Of a DNA stretch of 64,000 nucleotides, positions 25,380-38,504 are shown one piece after another (within the stretch, counting starts at the first letter, position 1; each line of letters opens with the position of its first letter). The translations under genes were made by a program, and so were the position numbers. The notes beneath the pieces were generated by a model, which was given only the letters and a program-made list of their open reading frames with translations, was not told the DNA's origin and did not search any database. This stretch comes from Octopus vulgaris (Eukaryota). Location of the stretch: the NCBI GenBank assembly GCA_951406725.2, contig OX597817.1, positions 139,500,001 through 139,564,000 on the forward strand, given 5' to 3'.

Positions 25380-26022
25380 TTGTTGTACCGGTCGGTCGGT
25401 TGGTCGGTCGGTCGTAACGTTTTAAAAATTATTTTTATTTCGTTTTATTTTTCGTTTTCTTTTCTAGGGTTGTAAATATTCTTGCAAGAAATGGATTTAC
25501 TAAATACTTTAAAAACAAAAAAAAAACCCACCAAACACTGATTTCTTTCTGTGCATTGTTTGGTACTACTAGCGAACAGTGGTCCCAATGCGCGCACACG
25601 CGCATTCGCGCATCCGTATTTGCTACTCGTAAGTAGTCGATTCTACAATCACTACCTAGCAAAGTAAATAAAACACAAAATGAATAAATTTTTTACACAA
25701 AGTAAATAATTTTTGTTAAACAAAGTAAATAAAACACAAAAATACAGAGTAAATAATTTTTTAAACAAAGTAAATAACACACACAAAAACACAAAGTAAG
25801 GATCGACTAGTCATGACTAGCTAGCGCGGATGCGTGACTATGCGAGCGCGCGCACCGGGACCACTGTTCGCTAGTAGTACCACAATGTTTTGTGTGTTGT
25901 AGATGAAGAAAACTAGTTTCTAATTTAATAACAGTAAAATAAAAATACTTTGGTAACGAGATTATTTCTGGTTTCGAAAACGAGGCTTAGCAGACGAGAC
26001 GCCGAAATTACAAGTGAGAAAA
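25380..26022. promoter_or_regulatory. Candidate (bidirectional) promoter region upstream of the zinc-finger gene
   Basis: Local CpG enrichment in an otherwise CpG-poor window, GCGC-rich motifs, inverted arms at 25554-25650 and 25797-25887, five GTAAATA motifs between them, and a YY1-like AAAATGGCG at the ATG. Confidence 0.6.
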
Positions 26023-26086
26023 ATGGCGACAGGAAAGCTGAAAGGAAAACCTTGGAAAAAGTCGAGAAGAGGGACCGGAATCAAAG
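26023..26086 (+). CDS. C2H2 zinc-finger gene, exon 1 (MATGKLKGKPWKKSRRGTGIK)
   Basis: AAAATGGCG start context just downstream of a CpG-rich region. AAG|GTGAAT donor, phase 1, splices in frame to the acceptor at 39473. Confidence 0.7.
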
Positions 26087-26583
26087 GTGAATTTCATTGA
26101 AAAGTATACAGAACCAGGCTTTGGTAGTTACTGAAACGATTTGAGCTAGATTTGATGATTTTCTAGATTTAATAGCTTCAATGTGTTTATGTCGGCTGCT
26201 ACGGGGAACTGGAATAAGTTTTGTAGTTGTTTTGAGTTTTCGTCTTGTTTGAGATTCCATTGACCCTGGCTCGATTATTTATACTTTTACATGTCCATAC
26301 ATTTATATAGCTGTTCGTTAATTTCTGTCAGTCACAAAACGTATTCAGACGTTTCTAGAAGCATACATTTTTTAGATATTAAGTGTTATATTTAATTAAA
26401 AAAAAAAAAAAAAGTAATATATATGTATGTCTATACATGTATAGAATTGAGTATAAACACGTGTGTGTATATATTTATATACTTATGTATGTATATGGAA
26501 TATATAGGTAAAGATATTTTTCAAAGCGTATATATACTTATAGAAATATGCATATGCATTCATTTGTCTATATGTAAAAACAC

Positions 26584-26653
<70 letters not shown>

Positions 26654-26989
26654 GTGTATGTGTGTACATGTGATGAATCGATATTTATATGTGTCCGTAT
26701 TTTTATATTTTTACTTATAAATATATATGTATGAAAAGTACATTTATATTAATATTTATGCGTGTATATAAATTCAAGCACACGTGTATATCTATATATA
26801 TATTGAGAGAGAGAGAGATACATACACGACTATATATATATATAATACACACACACCAGGTTTTGTATTTTTAAATTCTTGTTTGTGTGTATAACCATGT
26901 TCCTTAAACTATTTTAGTGTTTGTACGTTTATCGGACTGTTGCATCTTTAGAACGATAATACTGAGATACCTAGTACAGTCTAATAAAG

Positions 26990-27425
26990 CATATATATAT
27001 ATATATACACGTGTGTGTGTGTATACTTATATATGTGTATATATATATATATATGTGTATATACTGTATATGTATATATATGTGTACATACTGTATATGT
27101 ATATATATGCGTATATACTGTATGTATATATATATATGCATATACCATATGTGTATGTATATACATGTGCATGTATACTTATGTACATTTGTGTATGTAT
27201 ATATATGTGTGTGTGTGTTTTTGTATATATATATGTACATATGTATATGTATATACATATATATTTGTGTATGCATGTATATATATATATATATATGTGT
27301 GTGTATGCATGTATATATATATATGTGTGTGTGTATGCATGTATATATACATGTGTGTGTATGCATGTACATATGTATGTGTGTGCATCTCATTATCACA
27401 CATATGCATCACATATCTATATGTA
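26990..27425. repeat. Compound TA/TG microsatellite
   Basis: Read directly from the sequence. Confidence 0.95.
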
Positions 27426-27429
27426 AATA

Positions 27430-28350
27430 CTTTCAGAATTTCCTTTCAAGTGGTAAGCTCCCCTGCAAGTTAAAGGAGGGAATAATATGTCCTATCCATA
27501 AAGGAGGAAGCAGAGCAGATGCTAAAAGCTACAGTCTTATCTGTCTAGCCTCACACATCAGTAAAGTCATGGAGTAAAATGTCCAAAGGAAAGTAATTGC
27601 ATTTCCTGAACTCCAAGCTGCCTGACAGTTTTTATAGCACTCAGCAACTCAAATTTGGATGTGATATATCATGACTTTGAAACACTTTTGATTAAGTCAA
27701 CCATGGTCTGATATGTTTCAAGATGCATGATCTCAGTATTGTCAGAAAACTCGGAGAGTGACTACATGACTTTTTAAAAGGTAAAAGTCAGGCAGTGGTA
27801 GCCAGTGGAACCACTTTTAAGGAAACACGAGTAGTGGGTGATGTCCCACAAGGAATTGTCTTAGATCCATTTCTTTTTATAGTAGCTCACTCAGACATGC
27901 CCTCACCTGCTCAGGTAGCCACTCTTGCTAGCTATGCAGATGATACAAAAGCCTCTCAGAGAATAAAGAACCCTGGAGATGTTGTGCACTTGTGACACAA
28001 GTTGGAGACAATATACAGGTAGGCTGAGGATAATAACATGCAGTTTAATGCTGGGAAATTTGAAGCCATGCACTACCAGTACTTGAAACTGAATGAAATG
28101 CAGACAGGATATCCTGGCCAGGAGGTATTGCTATTCCTGAATCAACATAGGTGTGCAACCTGGGCATTGACATGAGTAATGATGCATCTTTCCAGGTGCA
28201 TATTACTAACTTGACAATAAAATGCAGCAGGCTGGCCAAATGGATTCTTACAACTTTCATAATGAGAGAACAGGAAACCATGATGGTCCTCTGGCGGACA
28301 TTTGTCCTCAGCTGCTTAGATTACTGCTCGAAGCTATGGTCACCAAGGGT
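27430..28350 (+). mobile_element. CR1-like family 2 RT fragment
   Basis: PIHKGGSRADAKSY, VPQGIVLDP, YADDTK, LDYCSKLWSP; homologous to 49605-50460. Confidence 0.8.
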
Positions 28351-29489
28351 TAGAGAGCTGCAATTATCCTTCTTTTCAATAAAGGAAAGAGAGGCAGAGT
28401 ATATTGTAACCATAGAGTTACTGCTCTACTGTCAGCTGTTGGCAAGTATTCTTCTCACCTGTCTGAATAAACACCTTGCAAACGACTTCCTATCTGAATC
28501 CTAATGTGGCTTTTGTTCTGGTAGACGAAGACTGATTCATATGATTTTTACAGCGAGACAGGTACAGGAGAAGTGCTGTGAGCAAAATGTGAAACCATCT
28601 TAGTTGTACTGAAAGTGATAGACAAGCTTGTCCACTGTAGCAACACACTCAGCTGTTCTTGTTCTTTGGATGATGAAATATCTTTAAAGTTTCTGAAGGC
28701 AACTGATACCTTCAGGGCTCTCAAGTCTCATGTCTGGTCCCAGCATAGCATCACAAAATGAACAAAAGTTGCTGTGTAATGTACATGTGTGCAGATGTTG
28801 CTCCTTTACTCATATGGACTCTTTACAGGCATCATGTAAATGTCTTTGAAAAACCTCCATTAGAGATGTCTGAGATACATTCAGAATGTTGGCTGGTTGT
28901 TGCAAACTCCAGACAAGGTCTTAAAGGGAGCTGACAGCCTGAGTGATGCTGCAAAAGCACCATTTCTGTTGGACTGAACTCCTTGTTTGGATGAGTGATC
29001 AGATGAATCCCTAACCAGATACTTTATAGCAAATTTGTTTGTAGAAAGTATCCTTGGCAAAAATGAAGACCGTGATTTAAGGATTGTGTAAAGTTCTCAT
29101 TAAAGATATGTGAGACATGGGACATCAGTAGGGAAAACAATGCTTGTCATCACCACCAATGGAAGAAACAAGTAAAGAAAGGAGCGGGTATTTTTGAAAA
29201 AAACCTACACTGTACATGCTGAATTTAAGCAAGTTGCTCAAAAACGCACTGCCATTGTAGTGAATGGGGGAAGCTTAATCTACAATATTTGTGGACATGT
29301 GTTTATCAAGAGCTTGGCTTCTTAGTCACCAGCAGATCCACAAGTGTAAGTATAATTTTGTCTGAGTGTACAGTGTTCTTATTGGTCACTGATGGTCTTT
29401 CTCGGTGTTCAGCGGACAGCCATCATGTATGTGTGTGTACACACGCATATATTCTTTTATTCTTCTATGTTTCAGCCCTAAGGCTGTGG

Positions 29490-30525
29490 CCACTAAATGA
29501 ATTCAGTGTACAGGTAGTAGTTCACCAAGGCTCAGTTCTCAGCCCCCTCTTGTCTATTTTAGTCCTCCAGTCTTTAAGAAGAGTTCAAGACTGGCTGTCC
29601 CTGGGAGCTCCTTTATGCTGATGCCCTTGTTTTTATAGCTGACCTAGAGAAAAAATTTCAGGTGTGGAAACAAGGTCTGGAATATAAGGGCTTTAGAGTT
29701 AATTTAGCAAAAACTAAAGTTTTAGTAAGTAGGAAAACAGACAAATCACAAGTCCCTTCTGGGAGATGGCCCTGCTCAGTATATAAGTTGGGTGTTGGTA
29801 GAAACTCTATAAGTTGTACCCCGTGTAAGCTTTGGACACATAAGAGGTGTAGAGGTATCACAGGAAGGTTAACGGAAAATATAGTCTTCATGTGGGAAAA
29901 TGTTGAGTGTGGAAAAGTGCAATAAGGACTAAAAATGTGCAGACAGTAGATTTCCTCAAATACTCATGGGGATCATTAGATGTAGTAGACAGCTTCTGTT
30001 TCCAAGGAGACCAAGTTAGCAGTGGTGGAAGGAGATCTGAAAATGTAGTTGCTAGAATAAGAATGGGCTGGGCAAAGTTCAGAGAGCTTCTACCTTTGTT
30101 GGTGACTAAGGGCCTCTCCCTCAGTGTGGAAGGGGTAGACCCAGGAATGGGTGGGACGGAGTGGTGAAAAAGGATCTTCATATGCTGGACCTCACTGAGG
30201 AAGTGACTAGATGTGGCTATTTACTGTACTTGATAAGACGCGTCAGGCTAAATAAAATCACTGTCTTCCGCACATACAGGCTGGTCTTTTCAGGTGCCAG
30301 TGCCACTTAAAAAACGCCTGTGCTGGTTCTGCATAAATGTACCTATGCTGGTGGCAAATAAAAACACTCAGCACACTCTTAAGTAGTTGCAATTATGAAG
30401 GGCATCCAGCTGTAGAAACCATGCCACAACAAACAAGTGGAGTCTGAACATCTTCCAGCTAGCCAGCTCTATGTCAAACGGTCCAGCCCCTGCCAGCATG
30501 GAAAGCAGATGTTAAACGATGATCA
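29490..30525 (+). mobile_element. RTE RT/3' fragment
   Basis: HQGSVLSP, LYAD, NLAKTKV, WPCSV..CTPCKLWTHKRC, WAKFRELLPLL; family-B tail to about 30525. Confidence 0.85.
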
Positions 30526-30661
30526 TGATACATATATATTGTGTTACACTAAGAAGATCATTACACCAGAAGTTTTGATTCAATTTAAATATAACAGAAT
30601 ACTCCAAATTGGTAGATTATCTGCATAAGTGGGGTCAAGACTGGCTAGTTTGTATTGGCAT

Positions 30662-30897
30662 CGTAATAATGATGTCAAACGAGGTAGTGATATTTTGAAA
30701 TCATTTAATATGTACATTTCAAGTTTGTGTAACATATAGGAAATGCTTCTATTATGTAAGACCAAGCTCAGTTAAAATATTTTGGAGTGCTTTTTACTGA
30801 GAAAGGTCTTACATATTGGATGCATTTCCTATTATATATTATGCAAACACCTGAATGATTTCAAAATATCACTATTTGGTTTCACTTCAATATTACA
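30662..30897. repeat. Degenerate fold-back of about 235 bp (MITE-like)
   Basis: tagtgatattttgaaatcatt/aatgatttcaaaatatcacta; ataggaaatgc..tatgtaagacc/ggtcttacata..gcatttcctat; ctcagt/actgag. Confidence 0.85.
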
Positions 30898-30974
30898 CCT
30901 AATGTATATGCATCAGCATTGTAATCATCATCATCATTTAACATCCGTTGTCTATGCTGGCATGGGTTGGAGAC

Positions 30975-32330
30975 TTCCTTTCTCCCATTCATTCTCTTCA
31001 TTTAGTAACATTCCATAGTGGTGTCTCCAAGTCTCTGTCTTTGCAGCATCATTAAATGCAAGTGAGCCATCATCCATACGGACACTTTTCTCTCCTATGA
31101 CATCACACACTGACTTGCAATTCAAAAAACTTCAAGTCTCTGGTCCTCACGATGTAGAACATTGGCAAATTTTTTCTTATCTACTTCCCCTCTGGCTAAG
31201 TAAACATGTCTCCTAGTTTCCCTTCTGGTGATCTGAAACAGTTCCCTGCTACCACCACACTTCCAGTTCTGTTTCTTTTCTCCAATGGCCCTGTCAACTA
31301 CATTGTTCCCACCACCCTGTCACAATTAGGTCAAGAGGGGACTTTGCACCAGCCACAGATCTGGTCAGTAGCCCTCAACAGGTTGTCCTGTAGAAACCTT
31401 CAGTTGTCCTCCACATTATGTGATGCTATATCCTCCTCTTTTTCGTCAAGTGCCTCAAGTAAAACATTTCTAAATCTCTGTCCAATCAGGATCTTTAAGC
31501 TTCCAGACCTTTCTTTCCCACACTGGTTGTCTTCTGAGCAGCCATTTAGCCCTGCTCCTGAAGTCGCTAACAACTAACCCATGTTGTGGGGCGCATTCTT
31601 CACCTGGGAAAGTTTTGGCATTTATAAGCAGCCATCTTTCCTTTTTTTCTGGTGAGAATTTAGACAATCTGACTAGTGTGCTTGCCAGACTAGTAGATGA
31701 ATAGGCAACTGGAAGGTTTCCTGAAGTTAGTTTTACAGTTCATAAGATCATTTGCATCACAGAACTCCAGCAGCCTGGTTCCTTCTTCATTGCAGGAACC
31801 AAATTCATTGTCACCATGTACACCATGGAAGCTCCCTGATGTCCAACATACTCATTGAAGTCGCCAGTCACAAAGAGAAGGTCCCTGTCATTCGTCGACA
31901 GGGTAGTCTGCAAGAGGGTGTCATAAAATTGGTCTTTCTGTTCATCAGGTAGACCTGGCTGAGATAATGGTTGCTGTTCCATGTTGCAGCACTAGTCTAA
32001 TCTTAAGTATTCTATCACAGACTCTGGACTACCTCGATTACCTTATCAACCCATTTCTCAGCAAGGAGTATGCCCACGCCCCCACCCCATCACTGTTTCC
32101 TACCCAGAAAATCCTATACCTATGTTCTTTGCCTGTGAATAACCTAGCAGAACCTCCTCTCCACCTTACCTCTTTGATGCAGCACAAATCTACATGCCTC
32201 CATTCAAGCATCTCAACAATCTCACCAGACCTATCTTTCAATGTGCCCACATTAAATATACCAACTCTGAGGGTGTGGAAGGTATGGGCTGAGGAGACAT
32301 GGAGATGGGGGATAGCAATATTCTGCATCT
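30975..32330 (-). mobile_element. RTE 5' portion (AP endonuclease and linker), degenerate
   Basis: HTLRVGIFNVGTLKDRSGEIVEMLE...VDLCCIKEVRWRG, GDFN and QHGLVVSDF motifs; 30975-31470 is the reverse complement of about 35730-36240. Confidence 0.85.
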
Positions 32331-32379
32331 GAAAAGAATGCTCACATGTATATTTGGCAACCTGCATACACTTCACCAG

Positions 32380-33420
32380 ATGATATACTTCTGGAAAGTT
32401 TTACAGACTTTTACAGTTCCAGTGATGGATTGGATTTGTAGTCTTCAAATCAGCTTTCTCCTTTCTAGTTTTGAGAAGCCTAATTTCTCAAGATTGGTAT
32501 TTAGGCAGTGTGTTACATATCCTAGTACCCCAATAATTACAGGTTTAAACCTGAACTTGTAATCTGGATAGAATAGCTGTAGATTCCTCAATAGTTCAGC
32601 ATAGGTGTTCTCTTTTTCAGTGATTTTCAGTGATATCTTCAGTGTGAACTCTACAAAGTCTGCATCAGTTGTCACATTTTACAGCTCTTCCTGCATCTCT
32701 CACCCTTTTGTGCCTCAGGTACTTGATTTACATCTCCTATTCCTGGACTGCAAACCCATATCCTTCAAAGTGGGAGGTAGCAATCTGGCTATTGGTCTAT
32801 GATAAACTGCTTTGATGATCAATGTTACTCTCATCTCTGAGCTTTCTACTAACATATCCAAGAATAGTCTTCTCATATAGGTTCATCGTTTCATCTAATG
32901 ATACATTGCTGTAGATTTGTGCGACTTCTTTGGGCATGTATTCTAGATTATAAGACACAGAGTGTTGCACAAGGAGCTGCTTTCCAAGTCTCGTGATGTT
33001 ATCAACCTCATGTATGCAAACTTGGTCAAGGGATACACTTTGACACTTGGTGTTTAAAAGATGTTGCCAAAGGAATATAATGCGACATTCAAAGGTATTT
33101 TGGATCAATGTTAAGCTTCTACCGCCTTGTTTTTGTTTTAGGTAGAGGAAGTCTATGTCACTGTTTATGTGGAAATTATGTGTGCTTGTTAGTATTTTTC
33201 GAATTTTCACATCAATGGCTTGGACCTCATCAAGCGTCTAATCAAGCAGCCCAAATGTTGGTACTGGCACTGCAAACGCATTGTGGGCTACTGTTTTATT
33301 GAATGCAGAGTTTCTGAGGTTCAAATTTTCTTTATTCGGCTGTAATACTCTTTAGTGACATGTGTTTTGTTACAGGTGCCATTGTAAGATATGTTTTCAT
33401 CCACCCCTAGATACCTGTAA
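32380..33420 (-). mobile_element. R4/Dong-like LINE fragment
   Basis: YRYLGVDENI, IDVKIRKILT...LYLKQKQGGRSL, KENTYAELL...PVIIGVLGYV. Confidence 0.75.
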
Positions 33421-34747
33421 CATACATGTATGTATGTCTGTGTAGATGGATAGACAGGTAGATGTTGACAGCATTGCAATAAATAAAACAAGAGAGGGAA
33501 AGCTGAGGGCCCAACAGGGATAGTTGAAGAAATGCTCAAAATATCACACGAAATGGGTTTCACAATTACCACCAGGATAATTAGTCAAGTCATACACAAT
33601 AACTGGTATAGCAGTATCCTTGTAACCAAGGGCAAAGGACTTGCCCCTCCTCCATTTCTATTCCGTTAAGCATTCATTTGCTTAGCACTCATCCCTTAAT
33701 TCCTCCTCTATTTATGGCACTACTCTATTGGCACATATTTCTCTCCTACCTCCATATTCTTTGCATTACTAGTCATCTCTCCTCCCTGGGACCAATTCTA
33801 ACTTTCATTCTCATTAACCTCCATTTCCCCACTATTTTCACTTATCACCTTCCTGTGCTTCAGTTCTCTCTCTCTCTCCATTTCAATATCTCACGTGTTT
33901 GCTTTCAATCGGAATGCTCTCTCATATCTGCCACCCTTAGGTAGCTCTATATCATCTTCCCCACAGCTTCTCCACCTTGCACATCATCCCCTTACCTTCT
34001 ACTCTATTCTCTTTCCTGAGCCACACTTCTGTCTCACTCACCTTACCCATTCACCATACTGGTATTCCCATCAATCGCTCTTCCACCTTTGTTCATCACT
34101 CACTATATTTACCTCTGTCTTCATCTCACCTCACTTACTGTCCTGCCTCTGATCAGCTGTCCATGTCCTCTCTTATGCTCACTTTCTTGTACATTGAGAG
34201 TTTGCTTTGGTGTCTCATTACCACCATTGTTATCTTCTTCCCAGCTGTTCCCACCCACCCACCTTTATATAATGTAGAGCAATCATGTTTCTCATCTCTA
34301 GCAAGACACTTGTCCTTGTCCATCTATCAGACATAAGCCTCTCAACATCTGGCATAAAGCTGCTACCCCTTCCAGATACTACCCCACTTAGTTGAGGGGG
34401 TTTTATTCCTGTTCTTTTTCCGTTTTGCATGTCAGTTGGCAACGTCACAACTGCTGGTGGAACCAAAAAAAGGTACATTACAAAGTGGTTAGTGTTAGGG
34501 AAGTCATCCGGCTGTAGAAACCATGTCAAAGCTGACAATGGAGTTCATTGTCCCCTACAGCTCACAGGATCCTGTCAGACTGTCCAACCCTTGCCAGTAT
34601 GGAAAATAGATGATAGGAGATGATGAGTATGATGATATACTTGTGTGTGTGTATGTGTGCAAGTTTGGCTGCACCAATACATGCACACCTTATTGACCAT
34701 GGACAAAGTTGTTCATTTTGTATGGGGAAATATGATGTAATGCTGTG

Positions 34748-35672
34748 TCATCATCATCATCGTTTGATGTCCGTTTTCCATGCTAGCTTGGGTTGGATGG
34801 TTCGACTGTGGGCTGGAAAGCCAGGAGACTGCGCTAGGCCCCAGTCTGATCTGGCAGTGTTTCTACAGCTTGATGCCCTTCCTAACGCCAACCACTCTGT
34901 GAGCGTAGTGGGTGCTTTTTATGTACCACTGGCACAGGGGCCAGAGGAGGCTGGCAAACGGCCACGATTGGTTGGTGCTTTTTACGTGTCACCGACAGAG
35001 ACGCCAGTCAGACAGCGCTGGCATTGACCATGTTCGGAAGGTGTTTTTACATGCCAGCGTCACAGGTATCTTATCTACAATTTCCATTTGATTTTTATTT
35101 TGATGTTGGTGTTGATGTAGTTGACTCAATAAGTCTCCTCAAGAACAGCAGGTCACTCTACGATCCAAGGTTAGCACAGCAGGCTGTCCTGTGAGCCATG
35201 AACTCACATCATTTGTTGGGTCTTCCTAGTCACATCATATCTCAGAGTTGTCAGTCTTTCGTCATTGCCTCTGTGAGGCCCAACGTGCCACCGGCATGGG
35301 TATCACAACTACAATATCTATTTGATTTTTATTTTGATGTTAATGTACTGGACTCAATAGGTCTCCTCAAACACAGCAGGTCGCCCTACGAACCAAGGTT
35401 AGTAGCAGGCCGTCTGTGAGCCATAAACTCACTTCATTTGTCGGGTCTTCGAAGTCACAGCATATCTCCAGAGGTCTCGGTCTTTCATCATAGCCTCTGT
35501 GAGGCCCAACGTACGAAGGTCATGCTTGACCACCTCATCCCATGTCTTCCTGGGTCTACTGATACCCCGGATTTCTTCAACAGTTTGGGAGCTGCACTTC
35601 TTCACACATCTCTCCTCATCCATCCGTAGTACATGGCCATCCAACACAAACGTCTCTCCTGCACACCGCATC
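34748..35672 (-). mobile_element. RTE 3' end (ORF C-terminus plus UTR) with an internal tandem duplication of about 230 bp
   Basis: GHVLRMDEERCVKKC...RPRKTWDEVVKHDLRTLGL; segments 35050-35286 and 35287-35511 repeat each other. Confidence 0.85.
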
Positions 35673-35727
35673 CAATGCTTCTTATGTCCAACATATATAT
35701 ATATGTACATACATATATATATGTATT

Positions 35728-38230
35728 ATTCGAAGCCTTTGACGAAATAGAACGGAATATAGCTTTGCATGATGTGGAAGACAACTGGAGGTTTCTACAG
35801 GACAACCTGCTGAGGGCCACTGGCCAGATCTGTGGATAGTGCAAAGTCCCCTCTCCACCCAAAATAATGTAGTCGTGCAACAATGTTGTTGACAGGGCTA
35901 TTAGAGAAAAGAAACAGACTTGGAAGGACTGGAAGAACGGCGATAGCAGGGAATTGTATCAGACTGCCAGAAGGGAGGCTAGGAGACGGGTTTATTTAGC
36001 CAGAGGAGAAGCAGATAAGAATAAATTTGCCAATGTTCTGCACCATGAGGACCAAAGACTTGAGGTATTTCGTGTTGCAAGGCAGTGTGTGAGAGAGAAT
36101 CGTGATGTCGTAGGAGAGAAATGTGCCCGCATGGATGATGGTTCACTTGCACTAAACGAGGCTGCAAAGTGAGAGATTTGGAAACGCCTCTATGAAAGGT
36201 TGCTGAATAAAGAAATTGAATGGGAGAAAGAGAGTCTGCCAAATGTTGACCCAGCAGAGGGACCAGCTATCCGAATTGATAGTACCTTCATAGATAAAGC
36301 AATTAAGAGTATGAAGACAGAGAAAGCCTCCGGCCTATCAGGAATCACTGCAGAGATGTTCAAAATATCTGGTGGTGTTGGCTATAGCCTAGTCATTTGT
36401 ATAGTTAACCAGGTGATACACGAAGGAGTCATACCCAATGACTGGTGTAGCAGTACTATAGTCAACTGCTACAAAGGTAAAGGTGACGCCTTAGATACAA
36501 ATAATTACAGAAGTATCAAGTTGTTGGATCAGGTAATGAAGGTCACTGTGAGGGTCATAGCCCAACTAATTAAGGAGAGAGTCAGTTTAGATGAGATGCA
36601 GTTTGGGTTCATGCCAAGGAAAAGCACCACTGGTGCTATATTTCTGGTAAGACAGCTGCAGGAGAAATGCCTGGTCAAAGACAGACCTCTGTACCTGGCT
36701 TTCGTTGACATGGAGAAAGCCTTTGACAGGGTCCCCCGATCCCTTATCTGGTGGTCAATGAGGAAACTAGGGATAGATGAATGGTTAGTGAGGGCTGTGC
36801 AAGCCATGTACAGGGACGTTGTCAGTAAGGTGAGGGTTGGCAACGAGTACAGTGAAGAATTCCGGATAGAGGTAGGAGTCCGCCAAGTTTCAGTCCTCAG
36901 ACCCCTCCTATTTATCATAGTCCCCCAGGAAATAACAGAGGAATTCAAGACAGGATGCCCCTGGGAGCTCCTCTATGCTGAAGACCTTGCTATAATTGCT
37001 GAGTCACTATCAGAACTAGAGACGTTTCAAATATGGAAACAAAGATTAGAATCAAAGAGCCTTAGAGTCAACCTAGCTAAAACCAAAGTCCTAATAAGTA
37101 GAAAGGTAGACAAATCACAAATGCCTTCAGGTAGATGGCCCTGCTCGATCTGTAGAAAAGGCATAGGTAGAAACTCTAGAAGATGTACCCAGTGTAAGCT
37201 ATGGACACATAAGAGGTGCAGCAATATCAAAGGAAGGCTAACTGGGAAGATAGTTTTTGTCTGTGGCGGATGCTCAGGAGCAATAAACACTGAAAATGTG
37301 CAGAGAACAACTTCTGCCACATTCCAGGGAGAAAAACTAGAAGTAGTTGATAGCTTCCATTACCTAGGTGACCAAGTCAGTAGTGGGGGAGGGTGTGCTG
37401 AAAGTGTAGCTGCTAGAATAAGAATAGCCTGGGCAAAGTTCAGAGAGCTCTTACCTCTGCTGGTGACAAAGGGCCTCTCGCTCAGAGTAAAAGGTAGACT
37501 GTATGATGCATGTTTATGAACAGCCATGCTACATAGCAGTGAAACGTGCTCTGTGACTGCTGAGGACGTGCGTAAGATTGCAAGGAATGAAGCCAGTATG
37601 CACAACCTTCAAACATTAGTCCTCACCGAGGTAATGACTGGTGACCGAGACTTTTGGAAATATGCTGTGCTTGTTAAGATCCAGCAAGCCAAGTGAGCCC
37701 ACTTATGCATACCTTTCCTTCATTGAACACTAAACTCTGCTTGCGAAGACCTGTTGAGGCAAGGGAGATCGAAATCAAATTTGATGACTGGCATCTGTGC
37801 TAGTGCAGCGCTAAGAGCACCATCCAAACGTGATAATTGCCAGAGCAGCTGCCTGGCTTCCATACTGGTGGCATGTAAAAAGCACCATTCGCGTGTGATT
37901 GTTACTACCGTCGCCTTACTGGCACATGAAAAAATATTTGAGCAAGGTTGTTGCCAGTGCCTCTTGACTGGCTCCTGTGCCGGTGGCATGTAAAAAACCA
38001 CCATTTGAGCATGACCGTTGCCAGTACTGCCTGATTGGCCCTCGTGCCAGTGGCATGTAGAAGCACCTACTACATTCTTGGAGTGGTTTGTATTAGGAAG
38101 GGCATCCAGCTGTAGAAACTCTGCCAGATCAGATTGGAGCCTGGTTCAGCCATCTGGTTCGCCAGTCCTCAGTCAAATCATCCAACCCATGCTAGCATAG
38201 AAAGCGGACGTTAAACAATGATGATGATGA
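35728..38230 (+). mobile_element. RTE-clade LINE, 5'-truncated, with RT ORF 36200-37519 and full 3' UTR ending in (GAT)n
   Basis: RT motifs KGKGD...NYRSI, MQFGF, FVDMEKAFDRV, QVSVLRP and YAED (a decayed YADD). Stops and an internal deletion near 37600 indicate inactivity. Confidence 0.92.
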
Positions 38231-38504
38231 GTGAAGAATGAAAAGTTCTGTATACACATGGGATAGGTATATAAGAAAGAAAAGAAATGTAAAAGTCACA
38301 GAAAGCTTGTATAAAAAAATTTATGGTGATGTTAGGAACATATTATATCATTACAAATTAAATAAGTACTGGTTTCACGATCAACAATTGCCAACTTATA
38401 TAATAGAAAACTTTTTTGCTGTCATCTTTGAAAAAAAGTAAACAGAGTGACAGCAAAGAAGTTTTCTTATATATATATATATATATATATACATATATAT
38501 ATTA

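Noticed and set aside
32330-32400. Chimeric R4-RTE element (R4 3' end abutting RTE 5' end on the same strand)
   Set aside because: This is a single instance in a densely nested region, so chance adjacency is the simpler explanation.
36200-37519. Active or domesticated reverse transcriptase gene
   Set aside because: The catalytic YADD reads YAED, QGSVLSP is altered, there are flanking stops and an internal deletion, and the endonuclease is missing.
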